The notes beneath the pieces are model-generated. The model was given only the letters and a program-made list of their open reading frames with translations. It made no database searches and was not told the origin of the DNA. Positions 37,072-46,663 of a DNA stretch of 64,000 bases are shown one piece after another. The position numbers were made by a program, and so were the translations under genes. Location: contig CAMODT010000138.1 of NCBI GenBank assembly GCA_946611535.1, forward strand, positions 2,866 through 66,865, written 5' to 3'. How positions within the stretch are numbered: position 1 is the first letter of the stretch; every line of letters starts with the position of its first letter. Source of the stretch: an uncultured Lachnospiraceae bacterium. GTDB lineage: Bacteria; Bacillota; Clostridia; Lachnospirales; Lachnospiraceae.

Positions 37072-40000
37072 ATGAAAAAGATGAAAAAAGTCCTGTCACT
37101 CGTCCTGGCGATGGTTATGATCCTTTCGCTGGGCGCAACTCCGACCTGGGCAGCCGGAAGAGGACAGAGCGGCTGGTCCAGCGTCACCTACGGTGCCGCG
37201 GAGGACAAGACCGAAGATACGGCGGAAGTTCTGGCAGAGGAGCTTGCGGCTCCGGCCGATGAATCAGAGGTTCCGGCCGAAGAACCGGCGGCTCCGGCTG
37301 AGGAGACCGAGGTTCCGGCGGAAGAGCCGGCAGCTCCGGCCGAAGAGCCTGAAGTTCCGGCGGAAGAGCCCGCAGCTCCGGCTTCTGAGCCTGAAGCTCT
37401 GGAAGAAAATATTGTTTCCTATCCCGCCGTCACCCTTGCGGGAATGACGGAGGGTTCTGTTGCCGTGCGCGTGGAGGCACCGGAGGGCGCTCTCCCGGAG
37501 GGCACGACCATGACGCTCAAGGACGTCACGGTTGAGGAGGTTCAGGCGAAGGTTTCCGGCGAGATAGAAGGCAGGATTGTCACGGCGGTCGACATCACCT
37601 TCCGTGACCTCAACGACAACGAAATCCAGCCAAATGGAAATGTTGCGGTTTCGATCAAGGCGCCTGAGCTCGCGGAGGCGGAGGCTCAGGAACTCGGCGT
37701 TCTCCATATCAATGAAGAGAAGAAGGAAGCTGAGGAACTGACGGCTGAGGAAAATGCAGTCGAAGTGAAAGCGGCCTCGGCAGATGAGGTGGCTTTTGTA
37801 AATGATGCCTTCTCCATCTATGTCGTTGTGGAGACCGGAAATGAAGCCAGACTGTTTGTCAATTTTGTCGGATTAAAAAATAGCCCAATCGCATCCATCC
37901 CCGTCAAGCAGGGTGATAAGATGGATCAGGTGCTCTATGATCCCGGCGCAGGCACTCTTGAAGACGGCGTGTACTTCCGCGGCTGGACGACGGATGCTGA
38001 TTATACGACTGCGACACCTGCTCTGACGATCTCTGATGTGCGTACCGCTGTGGCAGCCATGCTGCCTCCTGCGTCGGATGGCACAGAGGTGACTTACTAT
38101 GCGATGCTGTTCAAGGATTACCGGATCACTTACCTGGATGAGAAAAATATCTCTCTCGGCCAGGAGGAGGTGACGTTCCGCGCGGATGCTGCATCTGCAG
38201 AGCAGCAGTACAAAGTGAACATGGCCTACACCGTTCAGAATGAGAACTATCACTTTGAGGGGTGGAAGGTCAAAGATGGTTCCAGCAATATTGTTGGATA
38301 CGAAACGGATAAGGCCTATCAGAATAACGAAACCATCACGATTACCGGTGATGTCACCTTCAGTGTCAACGCACCGGAGGGCCATTGGTTTATCTTTGAT
38401 GCAAATGGTAAAGGAGCTACTTACAATGCTCCTCAGTTCGTGTATTCTGCCGATAAGCCTAGAAGACCGAATGATGAGAACATGATCCGCAACGGATATA
38501 GATTCGGGGGTTGGTATTCTTCAAAGGCGATCGCAGATGATTTGGAATCTACTGAAGAAGAATATGATTTTGATCAGCTTCTTACAGATAAGACTACTGT
38601 CTATGCTCGTTGGATTCCTAATACAACAGCAGGATATACTATCATTATCTGGAAGCAGAATCTGGCTGGTGACGGGTATGACTTCGTTGAGTCTATTCCC
38701 AAAACCGGTAATGTGGGCAGCAATATTGATACTGTAAGATATGAAGATGGAGATCTCCAAGTACAGCGTAATGGTAACACATGGTCAACTGTAGAATATA
38801 CCGGTTTCCACTATAAATCGTTTGATCAGAATGTTTCAATCAAGACAGAAGGAAACTCTGTTCTAAATATTTACTTTGATAGGAACGAACACACTCTGAG
38901 ATTTAAGACCTCAAGCGGTGGTATTAATACAAAAACAAAGTCGTACAATGGTACGACCTATACATTGGCACAATCCGGAAGTAATTACTACATTCAGATT
39001 AATGGAAAGTGGTATCGTGTCACTGGAAGTAGTGTAGGCAACTATTTCTGGGGTGATTATGCGATTAACAGTAATTACAATCATGTAACTAATATTACTC
39101 CTGGTGGATCTATATACTTTAAAAATAGTGGTTTACTTAGCCAATGGCATGGTCCGTATAGCATAGCCAGTACAGCAACTGAGTTGACTGACTCAAGTGA
39201 AGTTAAAACCATCACTGCGCTTTATGGCCAGCCCATTGGTGAAAACTTCCCTATCGTCGGCACAAACGGAGTAACATATAACAATGGTGAGCGCTGGAGT
39301 CCTCAGAACAGCACTACTTATAATCAGGTTCTCGTTTACATTGACACTATGCCTGATGAAGACGTAACGTTCATCGTCAACACTTCAACATATGGCACAA
39401 AAACTATTACATATTATACTGAAGTGCTGTCGGGCGAGACACCGGATATCACATACAATGGCAAGGGATTTAAAGAATATAAGTCTGTAGACGCGAAGTA
39501 TGGCTTCTTTACTGAAGCGGAAGACTATATAAACTTTGTAGGCTTCTCTAAAGGCGGCACCACATATCCGCCCAGAGCATATAACTCAAATGGAACACAA
39601 CTAAACTCTGTATGGAACAACGAAAACGCAAGATATGTACAGTGCTACTACACCCGTATCGTCTATCCCATCAACTTCATGGATGGCAAGTATGTAAACG
39701 GCGACAACAATCCTTTGGAAGAATCCGGCATGAGCCAGATCCATATCGAGGAAGATATCGCATATGGCGCTGACATTTCAGCACAGAACAACTATAAGCC
39801 AGATGCTACACATACACCTTCCGGATATGTTTTTGAAGGTTGGTACCTTGACGACGCGTGCACACAGCCGTACACATTCTCAACCATGCCGGAGGGTGGT
39901 ATCACTGTCTACGCGAAGTGGAGACAGAAGCAGTACCGTGTATTCCTTCATGTAAACTACCCTGAAGGAGCGACCGGTTATATCGACTGGGGTACAGCTA

Positions 40001-41844
40001 ACCAGGCATTGACCTTCCGTATCAGCGAAGGCGGTCATGTCAGTGAGCCTACCGGTAGAGGTCTGGCTGGGTATGCATTTGACGGTTGGTATCTTGATCC
40101 TGAATATACACGTGTATTCAACGGAGAAGCTTATACGATCAATGAATCCAACGTTACGACTCCTTACGACAAGTCTGTCGACATGACAGATACTTATGAC
40201 GTAAACGGTCAGCTGGTCGATCCGAAACGCAACTCGGATCTTACCGGCTGGGACGATGACGGAGATGAAAACACTCCCGGCAAAGAACGTTTCTGGATAA
40301 CCAAGAAGCTCGACATCTATGCTAAGTGGCATGCGACTCTGGATGGAGCGTCTGGCATCGTAGTGGAATACGACGCAAATGGGGGTAGCGGAGCTCCTAC
40401 GGACATCCATACCTACGTGGATACCGCTAAGGCCCCTGCAGGCGCTGCATCAACCGCCCAGGCAGGATCCGGTAAGGTATTCGGCTATTGGGCCGTCATG
40501 AAGTGGACTGAATCCGGGTGGGCAGAAACCGGTGAGACAGTTCTTCCCGGCGATACCTTCACCGTACTGAAAGCGAATGCGAAGGTAGAAGAACTTGCTA
40601 CGGCTGCGCCAAATGGAGATACCAAGAAGTACACAGTACAGCTGAAAGCTGTCTATATCGATTCCGAGAAACCGACGCCGACACATATCTGCTGGTTCGA
40701 AAATGACGGAACGGAAGCTTTCCATACAGATAAAGTAACTGGAGATCTTGGCATCAATGAAGCGGTTAATATTCAACCTGCACCGACAGACGCCCGGATT
40801 GAGGAAGGTTACAAATTCAAAGGCTGGGCAAGAGTAAAGATCAGCAGTTCTCAAGATTATGACGAAGCAGCAGGGGAGGCAGCTGCGTGGGAGGCTAATT
40901 CGAATAACTGGAAACAGGATAATCTTGAACTTTTCCTGTATTACAATGAGGCCAATGGTAAGTTTTATAAAGAGGCAGCATTCACTAATGAGGCTAAAGA
41001 GGTTGCAGCAGACGAAGAACTTCCGTATCATGCGATGTTCGCTGTCTGGGAAGCCAAATATTACGTTTTCAATTCCTCGACAGGTGTACTTCATGCCTAT
41101 ACATTGGAGAAGAATGTTGACCTGACAGATTATGTGTCAGACGGCCATCTTTACGGCGGCTACTACAGCGCGTACGGAGCATACAACGCTACCGATGGAG
41201 AGCTGGCTGCCGCTATGGCTGAGGCTGAAAAGAACGGAACTTATGAAACTCATGCAGAAGTATATACCGGAGACGCTATAAAAGCCAAGAACGGTAATCG
41301 CTTCTGGAGTAAGGCCAACCAGTTAACAGCGAAGGGAACCAGCGTCAATCCTAAGCCGAATGATGTTTATTTCTTGAAAGAGGTTCCGAAGAAGTATCTC
41401 AATACAGATGCAAGATGGGTCTACGATGTGACAAACAATGACCACAATATCCTGTACATGTACTTGATTACCGTCATTGATGATCCTTACTATAGCCAGG
41501 TCGGATACAAAATCATCAGTAAGGACAAACCGACAAAGGTAATTACAGCAAAGTTTACAGCAGTTAACCAGCAGAATGGAGTACAGAGTGGGTCCCAGAC
41601 AATCTCAGCGGCGACATATAAAGATGATGGCATAAGTCGCGGTTATCTGGGTGTCGTTGACGCCAGCACTGAAGTGATCGGCGGTCTTGCAAACGGATCC
41701 GTCTCTGTCCAGCCTTACTGGATAACACCTGACGGCGTCACAGTCCGATTTGGCGGTTACAACATTAACACTAAGGACGGTAATGCAGTTAAGGACGGAA
41801 ACCTCGAGCATAGTAATGTCGGAACCGAAGTAACGTATGAATAA
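37072..41844 (+). CDS. Large secreted/surface protein with multiple InlB B-repeat (Listeria-Bacteroides)-like domains
   Basis: SD AAGGAGG, signal peptide MKKMKKVLSLVLAM, EEPAAPAEE repeats, about 7 recurrent F.GW(Y) motifs; no LPXTG seen at the C-terminus. Confidence 0.8.
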   Translation: MKKMKKVLSLVLAMVMILSLGATPTWAAGRGQSGWSSVTYGAAEDKTEDTAEVLAEELAAPADESEVPAEEPAAPAEETEVPAEEPAAPAEEPEVPAEEPAAPASEPEALEENIVSYPAVTLAGMTEGSVAVRVEAPEGALPEGTTMTLKDVTVEEVQAKVSGEIEGRIVTAVDITFRDLNDNEIQPNGNVAVSIKAPELAEAEAQELGVLHINEEKKEAEELTAEENAVEVKAASADEVAFVNDAFSIYVVVETGNEARLFVNFVGLKNSPIASIPVKQGDKMDQVLYDPGAGTLEDGVYFRGWTTDADYTTATPALTISDVRTAVAAMLPPASDGTEVTYYAMLFKDYRITYLDEKNISLGQEEVTFRADAASAEQQYKVNMAYTVQNENYHFEGWKVKDGSSNIVGYETDKAYQNNETITITGDVTFSVNAPEGHWFIFDANGKGATYNAPQFVYSADKPRRPNDENMIRNGYRFGGWYSSKAIADDLESTEEEYDFDQLLTDKTTVYARWIPNTTAGYTIIIWKQNLAGDGYDFVESIPKTGNVGSNIDTVRYEDGDLQVQRNGNTWSTVEYTGFHYKSFDQNVSIKTEGNSVLNIYFDRNEHTLRFKTSSGGINTKTKSYNGTTYTLAQSGSNYYIQINGKWYRVTGSSVGNYFWGDYAINSNYNHVTNITPGGSIYFKNSGLLSQWHGPYSIASTATELTDSSEVKTITALYGQPIGENFPIVGTNGVTYNNGERWSPQNSTTYNQVLVYIDTMPDEDVTFIVNTSTYGTKTITYYTEVLSGETPDITYNGKGFKEYKSVDAKYGFFTEAEDYINFVGFSKGGTTYPPRAYNSNGTQLNSVWNNENARYVQCYYTRIVYPINFMDGKYVNGDNNPLEESGMSQIHIEEDIAYGADISAQNNYKPDATHTPSGYVFEGWYLDDACTQPYTFSTMPEGGITVYAKWRQKQYRVFLHVNYPEGATGYIDWGTANQALTFRISEGGHVSEPTGRGLAGYAFDGWYLDPEYTRVFNGEAYTINESNVTTPYDKSVDMTDTYDVNGQLVDPKRNSDLTGWDDDGDENTPGKERFWITKKLDIYAKWHATLDGASGIVVEYDANGGSGAPTDIHTYVDTAKAPAGAASTAQAGSGKVFGYWAVMKWTESGWAETGETVLPGDTFTVLKANAKVEELATAAPNGDTKKYTVQLKAVYIDSEKPTPTHICWFENDGTEAFHTDKVTGDLGINEAVNIQPAPTDARIEEGYKFKGWARVKISSSQDYDEAAGEAAAWEANSNNWKQDNLELFLYYNEANGKFYKEAAFTNEAKEVAADEELPYHAMFAVWEAKYYVFNSSTGVLHAYTLEKNVDLTDYVSDGHLYGGYYSAYGAYNATDGELAAAMAEAEKNGTYETHAEVYTGDAIKAKNGNRFWSKANQLTAKGTSVNPKPNDVYFLKEVPKKYLNTDARWVYDVTNNDHNILYMYLITVIDDPYYSQVGYKIISKDKPTKVITAKFTAVNQQNGVQSGSQTISAATYKDDGISRGYLGVVDASTEVIGGLANGSVSVQPYWITPDGVTVRFGGYNINTKDGNAVKDGNLEHSNVGTEVTYE
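37237..37395 (+). repeat. About four 42-bp tandem coding repeats (EEPAAPAEEPEVPA)
   Basis: Visible in the DNA (GCGGCTCCGGC...GAGGTTCCGGC units) and in the translation. Confidence 0.8.
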
Positions 41845-42220
41845 GAAGTATACACTATTATTATCTGCCCTGGCAGTAATTATTCTGCTTACGATCTGTT
41901 TATTACTGATTCGGCCTCGCACAGAGGCCAGATCAGGACAGACGCAGGATTCATCTTACAGTACTGCGTCTGTCTCCAATCAAAGTACAGAGGCAGATAA
42001 GTCAGAAATAAGTGCAGCGGCTGAAGCAGGAAGCAGCACCGCAAGTGATGCCCCTGCGGCAGATGCATACAGGGAGGATTCCGGCAATACGTTTTCCGGA
42101 GAAGAGATTTCAGAATCAGGGGGAGATAGTTCGACCGCTGAGTCTGAAATCCCTTCTGTTACTGTTACAGAAGAATATACCATCGAGCTTCAGGAGGGTG
42201 AAGCGATCGGTGGTTTCTGA
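41837..42220 (+). CDS. Small membrane-anchored/secreted Ser/Glu-rich protein
   Basis: N-terminal hydrophobic segment, low-complexity linker, short C-terminal motif ...TIELQEGEAIGGF; start overlaps the upstream stop. Confidence 0.65.
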   Translation: MNKKYTLLLSALAVIILLTICLLLIRPRTEARSGQTQDSSYSTASVSNQSTEADKSEISAAAEAGSSTASDAPAADAYREDSGNTFSGEEISESGGDSSTAESEIPSVTVTEEYTIELQEGEAIGGF

Positions 42221-42243
42221 TAAGAAAGGAGGTCTGATGGATT

Positions 42244-42525
42244 ATGGCTCAATTTACATTTGGGACCTGGTATCAGGGTTTTACAGAAGAAGACTATAAT
42301 AGCTTTAGAAGCAACACAGCTATAATGGAAATATTAAACCAATTTGGAGGTGTTCTTGAATATAGTTGTGACGGCGGTATCTGCTATATTGTCCCCGGAG
42401 CCGGAGATGGCGAAGCCTTGCGGAATGCACTTTTTGAAAGTGATGAAGGCCTTGAAGCTTCAGAGCTGTTAAATACATTCGTCTATTGCGGATCTGCGTA
42501 CGGCTTCTCGACATTTCTGGGTTAA
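42244..42525 (+). CDS. Small hypothetical protein A (paralogue of 43688-43936)
   Basis: SD AAGGAGG upstream; shares G.(W/Y)Y.G(F/L)TEE.(Y/F) and DGG..Y motifs with the paralogue. Confidence 0.6.
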   Translation: MAQFTFGTWYQGFTEEDYNSFRSNTAIMEILNQFGGVLEYSCDGGICYIVPGAGDGEALRNALFESDEGLEASELLNTFVYCGSAYGFSTFLG

Positions 42526-42627
42526 TTAAGCAGTATTGGATGATCAGTTTTATGTAAAAGGCAGAGAGGAGTCCCCGGCAATTTATTTTCCGGAGGCTCC
42601 TTTCGTGACAGGAGGCTATTCGGGCAA

Positions 42628-43359
42628 TTGACACAAGCGCAATCTTCAGAATACGTTACAATCAAGATCGCCGGGCACCCCATGCGCCTCTCCCTCCGTT
42701 ATCCTGCCGCAGCCCGATTTTTCAGGCAGTATGCGGCAGCTGAACCACCTGTCTTTCAGGTTCCGGAGGTCAATGAGGATGACTGGCAGGCGCTAATGCG
42801 CAGCGGATTTGTGCGCTCCGCCCAGATGGAATCGAGTTTCCTCTGCGCAAAGTGCTCCGACGTCCTTCTGCCGGAGCAATGCTGCCTCATTCACGCCGCC
42901 GCCTTCCGGGACAGAGAACATGCCTATCTACTCGCGGCCGACCCCGGCGTCGGCAAATCCACCCAAGTGCGGACGTTACAGGAGCTGTACCCGGGTGAAT
43001 TTTCCGTTATTTGCGGAGACAGGCCGGCTCTTAAGCTCACGGATGACGGCAGGGTCATGGTTCACATGACCCCTTGGAACGGCAAGGAAAACTGGGGAGG
43101 AGCACCGGCCGCTCCGCTGTCTGACCTTATTTTTCTTAAGCGGGGAGAGAGCTCGTCGCTGCGGCAGCTGACGGTCCGCGAGGCGGTCCTGCCCTTGTGG
43201 AGCTCCCTGATCCATACGGCCGAGATGGAGGAGGGGATCAGGCAGGCGGCGGAATTTGCCACAGGGCTGCTGAGCCGTATCAGGACCTGGGAATTTGTCA
43301 ACGGAGGTATCCCGGACTCCTCAAAAATGCTCTATGAGCAATTGCTTCGGAGGGAATGA
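42628..43359 (+). CDS. HPr kinase-like P-loop protein
   Basis: IHAAA...PGVGKST, GDRP, TPWNGKE motifs of HprK-related kinases. Confidence 0.75.
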   Translation: MTQAQSSEYVTIKIAGHPMRLSLRYPAAARFFRQYAAAEPPVFQVPEVNEDDWQALMRSGFVRSAQMESSFLCAKCSDVLLPEQCCLIHAAAFRDREHAYLLAADPGVGKSTQVRTLQELYPGEFSVICGDRPALKLTDDGRVMVHMTPWNGKENWGGAPAAPLSDLIFLKRGESSSLRQLTVREAVLPLWSSLIHTAEMEEGIRQAAEFATGLLSRIRTWEFVNGGIPDSSKMLYEQLLRRE

Positions 43360-43360
43360 T

Positions 43361-43645
43361 ATGACATACAAGTGCAGACCCGGCATCGTCCGTGTGAAGA
43401 TCTGCGGAGAGTATCTGCTGACCCCGACCAGGGCTGCCTCGGAAGCCTGCCCGAAGGTGCTGAGGCTGTCCATCATGAAGGCGGCGCTCTGGGAGGAGCT
43501 GGAGAAGGGACATGACGGGAGTGTCGTCGTGCGGGCATTTCATGCGCTGAGCAGAAAGCCGGAGGAAGAGATCCGCAAAAAGGTCGATCAGGCCCTCACA
43601 GAACTGTATGAAGGCGGTTTTATCATCAGGGCTGACGAAAACTGA
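43361..43645 (+). CDS. PqqD family protein (RRE-like)
   Basis: 94 aa: beta-rich start (RVKICGEYLL), ALWEEL, KVDQALTELYEGGFI, matching the PqqD pattern. Confidence 0.7.
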   Translation: MTYKCRPGIVRVKICGEYLLTPTRAASEACPKVLRLSIMKAALWEELEKGHDGSVVVRAFHALSRKPEEEIRKKVDQALTELYEGGFIIRADEN

Positions 43646-43687
43646 CCATGCGGTCCGGGATATGTCGCTGATGAAAGGAGCGGGAAG

Positions 43688-43936
43688 ATGACGCTGAAAA
43701 CAGGAGAATACTACGGACTGACGGAAGAGCAGTTCAGGGCACTCGGAAAATACGCAGGATTCAGGAACTTTGCGGACCGTTTCAGCCTTCTTCGCACGGA
43801 CGGCGGGAACTATTATGTCTACAGCGGAGAGCCTTACGAATTTTTTGAGTTCGCGGAGGACAACGAGATCGGCGAACGTTATAATCTGACGTATTTTACT
43901 TACATTTACCCCAGGAATTTTGTCACGGGGTTCTGA
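43688..43936 (+). CDS. Small hypothetical protein A' (paralogue of 42244-42525)
   Basis: SD AAGGAG; MTLKTGEYYGLTEEQF...DGGNYYVY. Confidence 0.6.
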   Translation: MTLKTGEYYGLTEEQFRALGKYAGFRNFADRFSLLRTDGGNYYVYSGEPYEFFEFAEDNEIGERYNLTYFTYIYPRNFVTGF

Positions 43937-43961
43937 CGCGGCTCATTCTTGATATAAAAAA

Positions 43962-43990
43962 TTTCGCAGAATGCCTTATTCTGCGAAACC
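43962..43990. repeat. Right copy of 29-bp inverted repeat
   Basis: TTTCGCAGAA-TGCCTTA-TTCTGCGAAA-CC. Confidence 0.9.
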
Positions 43991-44202
43991 CACTATTCGC
44001 TCTAAACGTTTGGATTTATAATATTCCTCATTCGAAATAATGTCAATAGATTTTCCGGTATTTCAGGATTGTATTTTTTTATACGAATCCTTCCAGACAT
44101 GAATACCGACCGTACGCAGTCAGCGCCCGAGAAAGGGCGAAGACAACCAGCAGACACCAGGAGATACCGCGGAAACAAAATTGCACCAGGAGGAATATGC
44201 CC

Positions 44203-45216
44203 ATGAAATCCACCGAACTGTTAACATTTGGCGATGCCGCATCCGAATGGCTCGCCGGTCTCCGGCCGGAACTCAAGGAATCCAGCCTCGCACGCTACCG
44301 GAACATACTGAAGATCCATCTGCTGCCGGAATTCCGGGACACCCCGGTCTCCGGGATCACCCGCGAGCAGGTAAACGACTGCCGGATCCGTCTCCTGAGC
44401 GGAAATGAAGACAATGCCGCCCTCGCCCCCGCAACCGTCTCCGCCATCCTCTCCGTCCTGAAACGAGTGCTGCGCTACGCCGGCAACGAAAAAGGCTGCC
44501 GCATCGCCGACCTCTCCTCTGTCACCGTGCGCCGAAATGTCCCCCGTCTGCGGGTACTGACCGGCGAGGAGCAGTTCCGCCTCACCCGTCATCTGTGCGC
44601 CAACCCGAGCCTGCCAAACCTTGGGATCCTCCTCACGCTCTACACCGGGCTCCGCATCGGGGAGCTCTGTGCCCTCAGATGGGAAGATATCGCCCCGGAC
44701 TCTCCGTCGATCCAGGTCCGGATGACCATGCAGCGCGTGCAGACCCCTGAACAGTCACCGCGCACGCGTGTCATCGTGACCGCCCCGAAGAGCCCGTGCT
44801 CCGTCCGGGTCATCCCGGTGCCGGATTTCCTGAAACCGATGCTCCTTGCCGCGCGGAGGGAGCCCGACTGCTATTTTCTGACGGGGACCTCCGATTCTTT
44901 TCTGGAGCCGCGCACGATGCAGAACCATTTCAGACGGATCCTGGCGGACTGTTCGATTGAGGGGGCTGTATTTCACACGCTGCGCCACACCTTCGCGACC
45001 CGCTGCATCGAGCAGGGGTTCGACCTTAAGACGCTGAGCGAGATCCTCGGGCACTCGGACATCGGCATCACGATGAACCGCTACGTGCACCCCTCCATGA
45101 CCTTCAAGCGGGAAAACATGAACAAGCTGGCCTCCCTCTTTGAGGGAAATCTGCTCCCGGAATCATTTGAGCCATCGCCGACGCGCAGGAAGACGGTCAA
45201 ATCGCCTGAGTCCTAA
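44203..45216 (+). CDS. Tyrosine recombinase / site-specific integrase
   Basis: SAM-like N-domain; all catalytic residues present: YTGLRIGE (R), PKS (K), HTLRH (H..R), LGH, RYVH (Y); SD GGAGG. Confidence 0.93.
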   Translation: MKSTELLTFGDAASEWLAGLRPELKESSLARYRNILKIHLLPEFRDTPVSGITREQVNDCRIRLLSGNEDNAALAPATVSAILSVLKRVLRYAGNEKGCRIADLSSVTVRRNVPRLRVLTGEEQFRLTRHLCANPSLPNLGILLTLYTGLRIGELCALRWEDIAPDSPSIQVRMTMQRVQTPEQSPRTRVIVTAPKSPCSVRVIPVPDFLKPMLLAARREPDCYFLTGTSDSFLEPRTMQNHFRRILADCSIEGAVFHTLRHTFATRCIEQGFDLKTLSEILGHSDIGITMNRYVHPSMTFKRENMNKLASLFEGNLLPESFEPSPTRRKTVKSPES

Positions 45217-45893
45217 CGCGTGCCCCGGTCATTTTCTTTTGCCAGGAAATAGGCTGCCACATGCATGGCCTGGAGGAAGGTTCCTTCGGCGATCATTTTC
45301 GCAAGGTCCTCCGGGGAGGCAAGCCTCACATTGAGAAATTCAATCGTGTCGAGATCCTGCCCGCTCACCTTCACGCAGTTCTTCGCCCGGAATATGTACG
45401 CCCAATTGTCCGCAATCGTCGCCGCCGAGGGGAGCTTCGTGAGGAACTCCCAGTCGTCGGAAATGTAGCCGGTCTCCTCGAGGAGCTCGCGCTTCGCGCC
45501 GGCGAGGGCATTTTCTTCCGGCTTCGCGAAAAAGGGTTCCGCCGTCGACGTCTCCGAGAACCCGGTGGCCTCCGGGTCGTCCTCGGGCTTTTCAAGCCCG
45601 TACTCCTCGTAGAAATCCATCCGGTACTCGCGGTCGATCCCGCTCTCGATCCCGCCGGCCGGGAACTCGTCCGTGACCCTGCGGATCCCCTGGCGGAACT
45701 GGCGCACCAGGATGTAGTTTCCGTCAGTGTCCGTCGCGACGATCACCGTGTAGTCCTTGCGGCTGAAGGTGTAAAATGGCCCAGCCGTCTTCCCGTCCGG
45801 CAGCATGTACTCACTCTTTCGAAGATCCATCCAGCGGTCGTGGATCAGCGTCTCGGTGGAAACGTGCCGCCAGGCGAGGTTTTCGTCTTTCAT
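45213..45893 (-). CDS. NUDIX hydrolase (ADP-ribose pyrophosphatase-like)
   Basis: LVRQFRQG...EFPAGG[insertion]AKRELLEETGY. Confidence 0.85.
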   Translation of the reverse strand: MKDENLAWRHVSTETLIHDRWMDLRKSEYMLPDGKTAGPFYTFSRKDYTVIVATDTDGNYILVRQFRQGIRRVTDEFPAGGIESGIDREYRMDFYEEYGLEKPEDDPEATGFSETSTAEPFFAKPEENALAGAKRELLEETGYISDDWEFLTKLPSAATIADNWAYIFRAKNCVKVSGQDLDTIEFLNVRLASPEDLAKMIAEGTFLQAMHVAAYFLAKENDRGTR

Positions 45894-45941
45894 TTTCCGC
45901 GCACCTCCCCGTTAACATGTCTTCATTATAGCAAATTAAGA

Positions 45942-45964
45942 GGCCGCGGGCAATTCCCGCGGCC
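45942..45964. terminator. GC hairpin after rubrerythrin
   Basis: GGCCGCGGG-CAATT-CCCGCGGCC; U-tract is weak. Confidence 0.5.
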
Positions 45965-45983
45965 AAAATAGAAGAGATTTCAA

Positions 45984-46529
45984 TTAATAATTCTCGGCGC
46001 AGACTTCGAAATAGCTCTGCGGATGGAAGCAGACCGGGCAGAGAGCCGGAGCCTCGGTGCCGATCACGATGTGCCCGCAGTTGCGGCACTCCCAGATTGT
46101 GATGCCGGCCTTCCTGAAAACTTCGAGCTCCTCGATGTTCTTCAGAAGCTTCCTGTACCGCTCCTCGTGATGCTTTTCGATTGCCGCGACGCCGCGGAAC
46201 TGGGCGGCGAGCTCCGCAAAGCCCTCCTCCTCGGCTTCCTTCGCAAATGTCTCATACATGTCGGTCCACTCGTAGTTCTCGCCTTCAGCTGCGGCGAGCA
46301 GGTTCTCCTCGGTCGTGCCGATACCGCCGAGCGCCTTGAACCAGAGTTTCGCGTGCTCTTTCTCATTGTCGGCGGTCTTCAGGAAGATCGCCGCGATCTG
46401 TTCGTAGCCGGCCTTCTTCGCGGCGGATGCGAAGTAGGTGTACTTGTTTCTCGCCTGGGACTCGCCGGCGAACGCGGCCTTCAGGTTCTGCTCGGTCTTT
46501 GTGCCTGCGTATTTGTTGTTTGCTGCCAT
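45984..46529 (-). CDS. rbr: Rubrerythrin
   Basis: [26 protein letters not shown]-terminal W.CRNCG...CPVC.HP. Confidence 0.95.
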   Translation of the reverse strand: MAANNKYAGTKTEQNLKAAFAGESQARNKYTYFASAAKKAGYEQIAAIFLKTADNEKEHAKLWFKALGGIGTTEENLLAAAEGENYEWTDMYETFAKEAEEEGFAELAAQFRGVAAIEKHHEERYRKLLKNIEELEVFRKAGITIWECRNCGHIVIGTEAPALCPVCFHPQSYFEVCAENY

Positions 46530-46572
46530 GATAACCTCCTTATTGTGTGTATTGTGAATTGCCGGGAACTTC

Positions 46573-46654
46573 GGGGACGGTTCCTGGGGGACGGGTCCTG
46601 AAAACGGTTCCCTGTGGGAACCGTTCCCGGGACCCGTCCCTGGGAACCGTCCCT
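46573..46654. repeat. Nested REP-like palindrome
   Basis: GGGGACGGTTCC...GGGAACCGTCCCC enclosing degenerate inner copies. Confidence 0.85.
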
Positions 46655-46663
46655 TCAGTTTCC

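Noticed and set aside
44203-45216. Prophage or ICE boundary
   Set aside because: No phage, conjugation, relaxase or excisionase genes nearby; the flanking repeats are inverted, not direct att sites.
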